The position numbers and the translations under genes are program-made. The notes below the pieces were generated by a model, which searched no databases, was not told the DNA's origin, and saw nothing but the letters and a program-made list of their open reading frames with translations. A DNA stretch of 64,000 nucleotides from Phoronis australis (lineage: Eukaryota; Animalia; Phoronida): contig NMRA01000111.1 of NCBI GenBank assembly GCA_002633005.1, positions 738,656 through 802,655 of the forward strand, written 5' to 3'. Within the stretch, counting starts at the first letter, position 1, and each line of letters opens with the position of its first letter. This document shows positions 41,101 to 52,061 of this stretch, piece after piece.

Positions 41101-44100
41101 AATTTTTGTGTTCACTCATGTGATCAGCATTTAGTTTCTCTGACAGTTGTCTCATTTGTCAGGTTACCTAACTGATTCAATAGATATTTTGACAATAATC
41201 ACATACATGTTGTGCCAGATTTTGAGAACCAGTTTGATGCCCGTTATTCATTGGGTAAACTTTTCTCGAAATGCGGGACCCTGTTGGTGGCATTTACAAT
41301 ATAACCAATATTTCATAACGTAAAACTAACCAAAAATGTCTTATGTCTCTCGCTTTCTTCTCAGCTAACGTGCCTAACTGTAGTAACGTCAGATTTATTT
41401 GACAAACTCTTTTTGTCTGTATTTTAATTTTAAAATTTGAAATGTGCATAGCTCCTTTCCTTTTTCAGACTTTTTATGTCATAAAGGTCTTCTGTTTTGT
41501 GATGCTTACCTCACTCAGAATCTGCTTAATTCATAAACTTAGTGGCAACTGAGTTCTCTTTTCTTTACTTCATCCATTGTTTGCTAGTTATTTTAGAATA
41601 TTTTAATGGTTTTATTGAATGTATGTGTTATTTTCCTGTTTCAGTGGTCTGTTTGGTGTGTTCCTAAATATCTGTGCAATACGTTTAACAGAGAAAACAG
41701 AAAAAGAGTTTACTGAGGCAGAATCTCTTAAAGTATCATCTCATCACAGTTCAGCATTTGCCAAGGTTTGTTCACACTGAAATCAGGTCCTGAGAGATTT
41801 TTACAGTTTAGGTGCAGTGAAGTGGCATATCCAACAATTAGTGTTATCTGGTTAAAGTTTTATAATTTTTATAAAGTCCAATTTTTATTTATTTATTGTA
41901 ATATTTAAAATGAGGGTGGTCTCTTCAGTGACAGCACTGCTTTACAAGAGGGCCCTCAACAACAAAATATAAAACAGTAATATAATACAATAAAGTAGTA
42001 AAATGATAATGTAACAAAGAAACAATTAAAACAGGTTGAGAATTTAGATAATAAATAAATGATGAAGGATGATGAATATTTGACTAAGAGAGATGAAATA
42101 AATAAAGAGATGATGCTAAATAGTGAGAGTATTTACAGTTATGAAAAATGACATAATTAAGACAGGTAATGTATAAGAACGTGTAAGTAAATTACAGCCA
42201 CTTTTTAGTATCAAGTTTGGAAGTATTAATTGAATGGTATCGTTTAATTTCTGGGTTAAGAGAGTTCCATATTGCAGCAGCAGCATAATTAAAAGATATC
42301 TTGCCAGTCTCGGTTTTAATTGTTTTAAAAGAAACATTACCAGGAACGGAAGAATGTGTAGAGTATATAGCTTGACTGCTACTGAATTTTGAGCTGAGAT
42401 ATGCTGGAGCCAAGCCATTGACACACCTGTACATGCAACAGTCAGACAGATATTTATTGCTTTGTTTTACTTTCATAAAGCCAAGCTTGGAGTACAAGTC
42501 GTCCACCCTGATGTCCCTAGTTCTAGTACCCAGCATAGCCCTGACGGCTCTATTTTGGATTACTTGGACTTTGCTAACAAGCATTAATTAGATCAAGCCA
42601 AAGTCGCAAGCTTCCATTTCATTTAAATCAAGTTTGTGGTGATGAATCTTCCTGACGAAGCAATCAATGACCTTGACCTTTATCCTGTCCATGGTTTTAA
42701 CATGTGTGATTAAAAATGATAACTTCCCTCTCTAGCAAATAATTGAAAGCAAAGGGTTCCACCCCAAAACAATAATAAAATATTGGTTTTCAAAGAGGGC
42801 ACTGCATGGTCCTTTAATGTATTTTACTGATTGCTAAGTTATCATTTGACATTTGAAGTGTTGAGAGCTCAGTAAAATGTGATCGAAGCACTGCATAATG
42901 CCTATTAATTAAAGCTGGTGTTTATCAGGCAGGTTAAGTTTCCTCAAAACTTCCCAGAAATGATACTCACTCCAATGCCACTTTTAGGAAATTCAAGGCA
43001 CTGGTTCTTTTGACTTTATGAACATTCTAATATTATCGTTCTTGTATGAAAAAATGGTGAAGGCTTTTGAACAAGCGAATTAACCGTTAGGTAAACACCA
43101 ATCCAGACTTTACAAAAAATTATTTTTTAAATACCCATGCTTTGCTTAATGCTAACCCCTTGGTTTTGGAATTTAGCCACCTGTAGGCGGTTGCATGAAA
43201 ATAGGGTTTTAACTAAGGTACCTAAGTCTTTTTGCGTATTTGTGTCTTTATGTACTCACATATGCAATATTTTGCTATCATTTCATTTTTATTATGAGGT
43301 TTTCTTTGATTAATGACAATGTCTAATATTATAACTAAAAAATGAGCCCTGAGTTCTTTGAAAATAAATAGGGACTCAGTCCTTAAATTGGGGGTGTTGC
43401 ATGAAAAGACCCCTAATTATTTTCGATAATATTGACAAATCAACATAGAGTTCACTCTCGATTTGTATCGAAGTCAAAAGTTGACTTAGTAATGAAACTA
43501 AAACAATACAAGAAAGGGCAATCAATGTTTTCACAAGTCCAAAAATACGCAGTAGATTTAGGGAACTTAGGTGAGTCCCTAGGTGGGACTGTTTTGTGCC
43601 CTGGTGAGTGCACACCCATTGTGAGTCATATTTCATACTTTTGATAACTTGAGACAAACGCCTCTTATTACAAACATTCTTAGATTTGATTTTGCATTGA
43701 TCTCTTTAATTTAGATCTTGGTCTCGATCTTGTCTTTGCTGGTATTTGACATGGAGCTCTCTGTCTTCAACTTATTATGGTATGTACCCACAGTACCCTG
43801 TGTTCACTGTTGCCCAAGTTGTAAAGATTGCTGTTTCTCTCAGGAATTGCTTGTAGTGTGCTTAGGTACTCTTTCTTACTGGTTAGTGACATATGTTATA
43901 AAATGATTTGACTTATTTAAAAATTAAATGTGTATTGAGCATGGCTCAGGCAGGTTAAACTGGTTGCATCAGAATCAGATTTTGGATGTATTCTCTTTTT
44001 GCAGCATCTTCGCATGTCTCGTGGCCAATTTTATAAACAAGTTTGATGGAACAGAGTTTCCAGTCAGAAGAGATGGGACCCCAAGCAAAGACACTGGAGC

Positions 44101-44134
44101 TAACTCACAGAATGAATTCTCGGTCAATGTATAG
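32029..44134 (+). CDS. TMEM241: TMEM241 (SLC35D4) nucleotide-sugar (UDP-GlcNAc) transporter, 14 coding exons, 347 aa
   Basis: Exons 32029-32145, 32618-32664, 34543-34626, 34983-35064, 37339-37416, 37864-37944, 38751-38799, 39254-39302, 39855-39890, 40368-40402, 40949-41018, 41645-41765, 43715-43779, 44005-44134 (1044 nt, phases consistent). Motifs NKYVLSILHFTYPTIFQGWQTLVG, GMIYAGSRAL, DPQFSGNGYFW and FPYLYFYKF match human TMEM241 as I recall it. Confidence 0.92.
32618..32664 (+). CDS. TMEM241: TMEM241 coding exon 2
   Basis: ttcag|YVLSILHFTYPTIFQG|gtaagt. Confidence 0.93.
33760..34200 (-). mobile_element. Degenerate LINE (CR1/L2 group) ORF2 C-terminal fragment
   Basis: FKVLN...LRSS...RINNWNSLPVFVKESNSFMRIKNNF resembles LINE ORF2 tails. 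Confidence 0.6.
34543..34626 (+). CDS. TMEM241: TMEM241 coding exon 3
   Basis: ttcag|WQTLVGAVFLRSMTLMGKIDMSVADINR|gtgagt. Confidence 0.9.
34983..35064 (+). CDS. TMEM241: TMEM241 coding exon 4
   Basis: aacag|SNVTPSIPAMFFFVGMIYAGSRALANL|gtaaga. Confidence 0.93.
37284..37338 (+). repeat. 11-bp tandem repeat x5 ending in the splice acceptor
   Basis: (TCATGTTATRC)x4 followed by TCATGTTACAG|exon. Confidence 0.9.
37339..37416 (+). CDS. TMEM241: TMEM241 coding exon 5
   Basis: tacag|PIAVFMAVHSVVHILNEVGNACLTKQ|gtaagt. Confidence 0.87.
37864..37944 (+). CDS. TMEM241: TMEM241 coding exon 6
   Basis: tttag|IDTVLTKVFSLSVIGVSAVLVVVTDPQ|gttagt. Confidence 0.88.
38751..38799 (+). CDS. TMEM241: TMEM241 coding exon 7
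   Basis: ttcag|FSGNGYFWLSLHIIFT|gtatgt. Confidence 0.9.
39254..39302 (+). CDS. TMEM241: TMEM241 coding exon 8
   Basis: ttcag|ALIKLYYSAFSSYIKLS|gtatgt. Confidence 0.83.
39855..39890 (+). CDS. TMEM241: TMEM241 coding exon 9
   Basis: ttcag|SIDKLYCNYCCS|gtaaga. Confidence 0.87.
   Translation, partial: FNRQVILQLLL
40368..40402 (+). CDS. TMEM241: TMEM241 coding exon 10
   Basis: tacag|LVVLAPSSYFLG|gtaaca. Confidence 0.87.
40949..41018 (+). CDS. TMEM241: TMEM241 coding exon 11
   Basis: ttcag|DALAAKQFPYLYFYKFYAGCVMS|gtgagt. Confidence 0.92.
41645..41765 (+). CDS. TMEM241: TMEM241 coding exon 12
   Basis: ttcag|GLFGVFLNICAIRL...SSAFAK|gtttgt. Confidence 0.88.
41881..42584 (-). mobile_element. 5'-truncated LINE (L2/CR1/Crack group): ORF2 C-terminus plus 3'UTR
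   Basis: VQVIQNRAVRAML...MYRCVNGLAPAYLS...SFNYAAAAIWNSL. The 3' end has a GAGGG...CCCTC stem and an AATAAA/A-rich tail. Lies antisense in TMEM241 intron 12. Confidence 0.85.
43715..43779 (+). CDS. TMEM241: TMEM241 coding exon 13
   Basis: tttag|ILVSILSLLVFDMELSVFNLL|gtatgt. Confidence 0.88.
44005..44134 (+). CDS. TMEM241: TMEM241 coding exon 14 (stop)
   Basis: tgcag|CIFACLVANFINKFDG...EFSVNV*. Confidence 0.82.
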
Positions 44135-45525
44135 ACATCAGATGGTTGCAATCATTATCCGGCCACATATGCGTATGTGGGTGCATATTGCTGTCAGCCT
44201 TGGCTGAGCATTCCACGTTTGTTGCAGCTTTATTTTCCTTAACCCCAAGCAGGATCTTCATGAAATAAATTGGTAGATTTTATGAAGACTATAGCATTTT
44301 TATCCAAAATTGGGGAGATTTTACTGTGCTAATTTCCTTGATGAATAGTGAGGAAGTGTAGCATATTTGTTCTTATTGAGGAAAGCATTGACTTGTGTTG
44401 ATTGTTGGGTGGATATGAGTACTGTGGCGCCCACTAGTGTCATACTGTAATTGTGTTTGCCTTATTCTAACAAGTTTTTTGCCGATCTTCATCAAATCTG
44501 GCCTGTGGGTTTCCACTGAGTTCACAACTCACGGTGATATTCTGATAAGTCTGTCTAACACAGAAGTATTTCGTGAAAAAATGAGTTCCCCTTATATCAA
44601 CGTTTGTGATGCCCCTGATATTATTGTTGTTATTATTGGATATTCCATGCTGATCCAGTACATGGCATAAGGGCTTAGTTGGATTGCCGTTTAGTTGTGA
44701 GTACTAATTTTACTTGTTTTGTGCCCTCATCTTATCTGACTCGTGGCTATAACTTAGTTTTAGAAAGCTCTACATAGCTTGGAACTTGTGGCTTAGTGTG
44801 AATCGAAGTCAGACAACCTGTGCATGTTTTTGGAGATTTCTGGCAAAATTGTCTGTGCATATGTAAACGGGAATTGGCCTTGTTGAGAGCAACGTTATCA
44901 GAAGGCGATTAACACTTATATCATATGATCTATGTAAAGTTATTTTCAACGATGCACCCGTTCATCAAAAATGGACAACTAATTACATTGAAGCCGGTTA
45001 TTAAGCCAAATAGATAATGCTTGAACTCACCTGGGAGGGACCTTACAACTGTGAGCACCAAGGCCTATGTAAGTGATGATAATGAAGCAGAGAAAGACAC
45101 ATAAGGCAGGCGTTGTTTAACTGAACATTCCAAAATCTTATCTCAGTTGTGGTGTGATGTACATATTAAACTTACATGAGTGAATAACCAGCCTGCACCA
45201 GGGCACACATCTAAGTCAAAATGCACAGGAGTTTTAGTCAAAGCATTCTTTGTTCATCAGTGCGTGTACACTTCTTTTTCATGATCTGTTGTTTCCTCAC
45301 AATGTTCTTTCGTCAAGTTGTAGACTATTCTGGTGTAAAGACAATTTTCTTATGTTACATCAAGCACAAGCTACGTAAATGGAGTATTTGCAAGTGTAGT
45401 TTAAGTGTTTCCTGTGTCTACTCATTTTCAGGATTATGGTTCTCGAGTGCACCTATTAGAGACCTTTGAGGGTCTCGCGTGAAGCGCGTTGTTAGGAGTC
45501 CCCATTTTTCAGCAACTGACTAGGA

Positions 45526-45812
45526 CTAAGTCGGACAGTAGACATGGCATTCGCTGATGCCGGCTTGCTTGGGCTCGAATCCATCTACTAAGCCCGACAT
45601 AGTTTTCTTGAACAAGCCACTGAATTCACAGGTCAGTTGGCCATCTGATGACGTCACCAAGTTGAAACAGTTGCACTCTGTCGTCCGCATGCAGGCTGCA
45701 GAACACATTATCCTGGAAGCTGTGATCTTTCTTTGGATAACATACTTCTGTGTAAGGCATTGATTCGTGGGACTTGAGGTCTTGTCATAGATCGTTCTCG
45801 TTTTGGTGTTTT
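45526..45812 (-). CDS. Terminal exon, PAN/apple-like Cys-rich domain
   Basis: ttcag|ENTKTRTIYDK...CSAACMRTTECNCFN...TCEF...CHVYCPT*. Confidence 0.82.
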
Positions 45813-48800
45813 CTGAATAGGAAAGACACGTTTTATTGAAGTGGTAAGTCCTGTGGTACCTAAGGCTGTCGTCAAAGTCAGGTTATTGCGAACTGAAGGC
45901 GTCACGTACGGCATCTTTTATTAGAGCGAAACATTGCTACTGACGTAAATGTGATCGTAAGTCGCATTCAAGTTGAAATATTTTCACAAACCAAGTTCAT
46001 GGATTATTTGCCAATATACGACTGAGCTTAGCTACGACTGGGACCTTTGATAAAACTGACACCTGGTGATTAATGAAAAAAGAATCTGTCTTGATTCTAA
46101 GATCTGACTCTTTGTGGTGGGCAACAAATATATAAATCCAGCATGGGTTTCCACTGAGCAGTTCGTTAATATCTCTCGTATTTACTTTAGATAACAGAGG
46201 CTTCGTTTTGCCATTGTGGCTCTTGAGGTGATCCATAACCGACTTTATTGAAAGGCTAATGCCTGTCATTTCCCAACCTCTAAGTACTTTTCCTATTTGA
46301 TGGCTGAACTTGGTGACCCCATGATTTGTTAAAAATACAAACATAGTGGAGGTAAAAATTCCTTCCTGGTGTGGCATTACGGAAAAATCTGCTCAAGTGT
46401 GCTTAATCATACCGTAATCGATTTCTTAGTCAAGAATATCCAATTAAGTTAGAAATTTACGACATTTGATCACCTAGTAAATTATCGTTGAAATGACGGA
46501 CCGACTCGAGAGTGCATACTAAACGTGTGGAAATTGCGGCTATTTGTTTTTTTGCCCGTTCTACTGAATAACTGAAGGCGTAACTTTGTGTCAAAATTCA
46601 ACGAATTTTTCGTAACATCACGCAGATAGGAGGTAAAACATGGATTCAAAGTTTCATCTTGGCTAAAATGGCCTGACGGAAGTGATGCGTTTTTCTGTTA
46701 CAGATACTATTTCAGTTCAATTATTAAAGACAATATAACTAACGCGAAGCCCGTGTGGTGCTCTTTCAATATAACATCAATGGTTTTAGAAAGTAATTAA
46801 AATTTTGAGATGAATTTGAAGGCTTATTGTTTAACTGTGTCAGTGCACCGACGAAATGGCACACGCTCATGGGTGAGCCGCTAGTACTTGGTGTATTATG
46901 GCAGAGTAACGCAGCCGACTTGGTTTCAATGACTGCACGGTAGATAACAGCAAGAATTGACGATGTATATTAAAAAATCAAAAACAACGGGTTTATTGGT
47001 GTCTAGCTCTGATCAAAACTTAGAACTTTAAAAAGTCACAGTGACTAATAATCTCAAAGTTGCGTTTCTGGCATTAAAACGATTACGTCATTCCTTTCAA
47101 AAGTGGTCAAAACAAATAATCAAAATATACTGATTGGTGCTCAATATGTAAATTCATCTTAGATTTCGGTGTTTTTTAATCGGCGAGAGCATGGGGCTCA
47201 CGCCGCAGACTAGTTAAGTCGCATAAAATATAGGTAAGCATTTATAAACAAGCTCACCGTTGCAGTTGGACAGTTGTTTGTTCCAGCTTCCGTCTTCCAG
47301 GCAGACAATGGTGGAACTGAGCAATCCATCTGGGAACGAATGTCCATATGTGCACTTGAAAACAACAGAACTGCCGGGATTGACGGTCGTCGAGCTGGTA
47401 TCTTTGACCGAGTTCGCTACGGTCGGAGGTGTACATGTGATAGCTGTGGATAAAGTATTGCCACATATTTTTAGTATTTGGCGGATCACATGCTTGAAGC
47501 TGCGTTAGTTCGTCCCAATCGATTCCCAAGCCTCGAAATTTTATAGGAATCCCTTATCATCCTGAATGGATGGTTCTTACATGGCATAGCACTATGGCGA
47601 ATATATTTGAGTTTGGTATTATTTGGTTCACAATAGACCCATGAAGAGCTTCAGTATCAATTCTCTCAAGATGTATATTTGTGGTAAAGACTATTCAGTT
47701 TTTCATTAACTCCACCAAAGTTGGCCGGTTTAATCCAGCTAACGTAATGTGCAAGGTGTACCTATATCGTTGATTCGTTTTCTGAGCAGTTATATGAATT
47801 AATTACAGTTACTTTTATGGGATAATCCATGAAGAAAATGAAACACTGCCCGTAACACTTAAAGCCTACATTGCATCATTTATGAGATAACATTTCACCC
47901 GATTCGGTAACATGTTATTGACCTAAAATTTTGTGTATCTCTAAGGTTGCCCTTAAAATATTATTTGCCTATCCTTTCTAAAAGCATGAAAGTTTTGAGA
48001 CATCCAGTTTTGGTAACAAAATGCAGAAAAAAAGTGAATCAAATAGTGGAATTTGACTCAATTTTCTGCATTTCCCCCCTCCCTAAGTTCACTGTTACAG
48101 TCTCATCGAGATGGGTATGTTATCCACATTTCATTGTCGACTTCCGCTCTCATTTTCGTTGATAAAGGTGTGCGACTTTGGTAAAGAAAACCCTTTGGAG
48201 AATTGGACGGAACCAGTTCTTGCTCAGACTACGTGCTAGAAAAGTGTCCATGAATCGCTACAAAAGGGTTCGTTTTATGACATTAAGCACTACAGATGGT
48301 GGTATTTCTAGAATACACGACCACGAAAGGGTGACGCTTTTGTGGAAGCTTTCTTTCGAGTCCTCTACGCCAAAGAGGTCTGGAACAAGAAAACTCGTAA
48401 AAGTCATTGAGAATGTACTTCTTGTGGATGCTAACGTGAGAGGATTAACATTGAATATTGCAAGAAATTCTCGAAAAAATCGTCAGATTCCTTCTTTCTT
48501 GGCAGAGACGAATCACGAACTCTTTCATCCCAACCCACTTTTCAAACACTTCGTCCCTGACAATGTCTATATGCGAGCATGCGCGCAAAGAAGTCGAACA
48601 AAATGCTGCTTAAAAACGCCGTTGCTTTGCTAACGTCACAGGTCACATTTCCCATGTAAGGAAAATGTGCTACCGTATATCGTAGGCCATGTGCGACATA
48701 AGTCCGATTTATTACTATTCACAATTTATTCCAGTAATATTTATTCAGCCTGTCAGAAGCCAGGTGTAATTACTGTAACAAATATTTATTACTGCAATTA

Positions 48801-51800
48801 TTATTTATTCCAGTAATGAATATTTGGTACTGTGATTAATATTTATTCCAGTAATAAATATTTATTATTGTAATTAATATTTATTCCAGTAATAAGTATT
48901 TATTACTGTAATAATATTTATTCCAGAAATGAATATTTATTTTTGGCTTCTGATTGGCTACAGAATTATTACAGGAATACGTCGGATAATTATTACAGTA
49001 ATAAATCGGACTTATGTCGCACTTGGCCTATAGCAGGCCAAGTGCTACACAAATCTGATGTATTTATTACAGCAATTATTCGCGGCCTCTGATTGGTTGA
49101 TTTATTCCAGTATTAAATATTTATTCCACTAATAAATGTTTATTACTGGAATAAATTAACTCGTCAGATGCCAGGAAAATTACAGAAATAAATATTTATT
49201 ACAGTAATTAATATTTGTATTCCAGTAATAAATATTTATTATAGTAATTATTCCTGGCTTCTGATTGGTAAGTTTCGCACATGCGCCATTAAGGTTTGTG
49301 GATTCTTAGAAAATCATATTCGGCGGCAAGTCGGTATACCACCACAGGCCTAGCGAAACGTCTACTAAGTTACAAAGTGGCGATGCGTATGCGAACGCAC
49401 CCGGACTCGACGCCTCCGCCTACCACTATCGCCACCAGTTTCTCTCAACCGTAAGCGTAGGAAGTTGTTCCTCGACGCGGAGACAAATGAGAGAGAACGA
49501 TCGCGAGAAAAAATGTTATTGTGCAAGTTTCATGACTTCATCCCCCAGCTAAGAAAGCACATACGAAATCAATAGTGTAGACCTGCGGGCGAAACTGATG
49601 AATTCTTTTTAATTTTTCTTGGCTGGCTGGTGCTATCCCGACGAGCGCCACTAATTCCCATGACAACCGTGACATTTTCCGCTACAAGAATTAAAATCTG
49701 CTGGACGAAAGGAAAATAATTAAACAACAGATTTTATCACGCCACCACCAAAAATTCATCATGCCAAAACTAAAACTATATCGCCCCAGGCTAAAAAGTT
49801 TTCATGCCCAGAGACCAGTCCACGTAACCATCCATTATCCGACAAAAATGACGATCCCCTTTGTCTCTGTAACATTTAGCCTTTTCAAATCTGAAGTGTC
49901 CGAGTGCACATTGGGTTTTCTATTGTAACACATGGAAGAGGCAACGGAAATTCAACGTCATTGTCTCGATAATATGATCGAGTGTTGTTGGCGACTCGGA
50001 CATATAGTTGAACACTTATACCCCTTGTGCACCGACGTCATCGTTTTGAGGGGTCAGTGCTTGTGGATGGTCACGTGGTCCCTAGCATGAACATTTTCTG
50101 GTGTCACCAAATTTTCAACCCTGAAATGATAAATCATTTTTTTCTTGAGTTGTTTTTTGGTCTTGTACTGAAAAGAGTGTGTTGAACTGTTTTTAACTAT
50201 TGTATAATTCAAAATTCTGGTTTTGAGGTTCTTATGGTTGGTCTTGCTGAGTAAAAATAATATTTCAAACTGTTTCAAAATCTTGCATAGAAAATGTGTT
50301 AACTGGAATTTTTGCGCTTTGGCTGTCCACAGTAGGAGGAACTTAATGGACTCACACGATTGAAATTTGACAAATGTATGAAGCAAACCTACCATTGCAG
50401 TTTGTCAGTCGTTTATTCCAACTGCCGTCATTTCCACATACAATGGTGTGGCTTGCAGAGCCGTCCGTGAATAAATATCCAGTATCGCACGTGAATATTA
50501 CAGAAGTTGTAGGATTGACTGTCGATGAGCTGGTGTCCTTTACGGAGTTCGCAACGGAAGGAACAGTGCACTTTGAAACCACTGCGGACAAATCAGTTGA
50601 TAAGTAATTGCAGTCTTTCAAGGGCCAAGAATGGCTGCTGATGAATTTTACTTCAGTGTTCATGAACTAACAATATTTAAATTTGAAAGTGCTTACGTAC
50701 CGGGTACAGAATTACCCAAATGATATGGATTCTTCCGTCAGTGATGCAATTGGCATTTGACAGATTATGTGACGCGTACTATAGGCCTAAATGCGTTCTT
50801 TCGTCAGCGTGGAGCAATAAAAATATTCTTGCACAATTTCTGAGATTTTGACTGAAATACATGGGAACGCAGCTAGCTGTACCTACCTGTTACTGACACA
50901 TCCATAACCCAGTTACGCCATGCTCCTCCACATATCTGACTGGAGTCTCCTGGACATGTTGAGCTACACTCGGCGGTCGGTGCTGTGCCGTATTTTCCGT
51001 AGGAATTTCCGCAGAAACAGCTATAGCTGGCCTGTGTACCGGCATACCTGTAACCCATATCAGCGCAGGTCTGCTTACAATAGGTCTCACTGTTAGAATT
51101 GCGGTCAAAGCCAGCACTGCCAGACTTATAATTGGGAAGGTCTCGACCATTTGATCGAGAATCCACGTAGCATCCTGGTAATGCTGCAACAAGAAAAAAA
51201 TGTACGAGTGTAAGTCCATCGGTGGAGAAAAACTTACACTTAATTTTCAAGACGTCGTCACTATGGCTTCCAAAATCACGGTACCGTTTCACGTAGTCCG
51301 CCCCAATGTCATCAACCGCTGAGGTGGAAACCACTGTTCGCAGGTAACTTAGACGTGTACCTATCGGGTTTGACTTTTAAGCATGCTAAGGAGCAAAATG
51401 CCCTTGGTATTGGTTGTATAGGCTTTGAAACAAGAAAACGTTTACGAAATGCTAGACACTTTAATTAATTCTAAAAAATAACTTTAGCTTCTTGGTTTTA
51501 CTTCAAATTTATTTGCAAAATGTGTTTGTGGGATTCAACTGTACTGATTTTATTGAGTAAGATAGCTTTACGCATATTTGGCTTAATTCAACAAGTCGAT
51601 GAGGTCCTCTTTAAAAGGTGAAGGAAAACATGTAGTGTATGACATATTATAAATAAGTGATTAGATGACAAACAAATGCAACTAGTAATGATTACAATGA
51701 ACCGGGATAGTGGGAGAACCGTTAAAAAGATGAAAAGAAATAAATCACAGACGTTGTTAATGACAAATTTGAGTGCAGCAATAGAATGGTAATGTTTTAC

Positions 51801-52061
51801 GGTCACTGCAAGCAGCTCGAGGATCAAGAAGCTCCCGCCGTTTTAGTTTTAACCTTATGAAGCGACTATGCGCATGCGCAGTAGTGGATCTTGTTAGATA
51901 ATAAAGTTAAATATGCAACACACAAAACCTTGACACATAACTTAAACTAAGAATCTAATCAGCATGAATATAAAATACTAAAATTAAAGTTTACCTCGAC
52001 AAGGAACAACGAAAGCTATATAGCCCCAGCATATGGTTTGCATAAAGATCTTCGGACGCAT
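45526..52061 (-). CDS. Secreted modular protein: signal peptide-WSC-Sushi/CCP-Sushi/CCP-PAN/apple-like, 5 exons, 341 aa
   Basis: Exons 52061-51995, 51183-50887, 50581-50393, 47443-47258, 45812-45526. All introns GT-AG and phase 1, 1026 nt. WSC motif GCY.D...YAGTQ...CFCGN...CGG; CCP motif C..P...F.C..G......C..DG.W...C. Confidence 0.87.
47258..47443 (-). CDS. Sushi/CCP exon 2
   Basis: cacag|AITCTPPTVANS...CLEDGSWNKQLSNCN|gtgagc. Confidence 0.9.
48685..49028. mobile_element. MITE with ~30-bp TIRs, TA flanks and an internal AT-rich minisatellite; degraded second copy at ~49036-49290
   Basis: TA|GGCCATGTGCGACATAAGTCCGATTTATTACT ... AGTAATAAATCGGACTTATGTCGCACTTGGCC|TA. Confidence 0.85.
50393..50581 (-). 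CDS. Sushi/CCP exon 1
   Basis: cgcag|VVSKCTVPSVANS...CGNDGSWNKRLTNCN|gtaggt. Confidence 0.9.
50887..51183 (-). CDS. WSC domain exon
   Basis: tgcag|ALPGCYVDSRSNGRDL...ICGGAWRNWVMDVSVT|gtaggt. Confidence 0.92.
51995..52061 (-). CDS. Signal peptide exon
   Basis: MRPKIFMQTICWGYIAFVVPCR|gtaaac; phase 1 matches the WSC exon. Confidence 0.75.

Noticed and set aside
37000-41800. Cluster of tiny exons first read as a non-coding snoRNA host gene
   Set aside because: The exons join in frame and translate to TMEM241.
48178-48633. 151-aa plus-strand ORF
   Set aside because: TTG start, intronic and antisense to the Sushi gene, no recognisable domain; probably TE-derived or chance.
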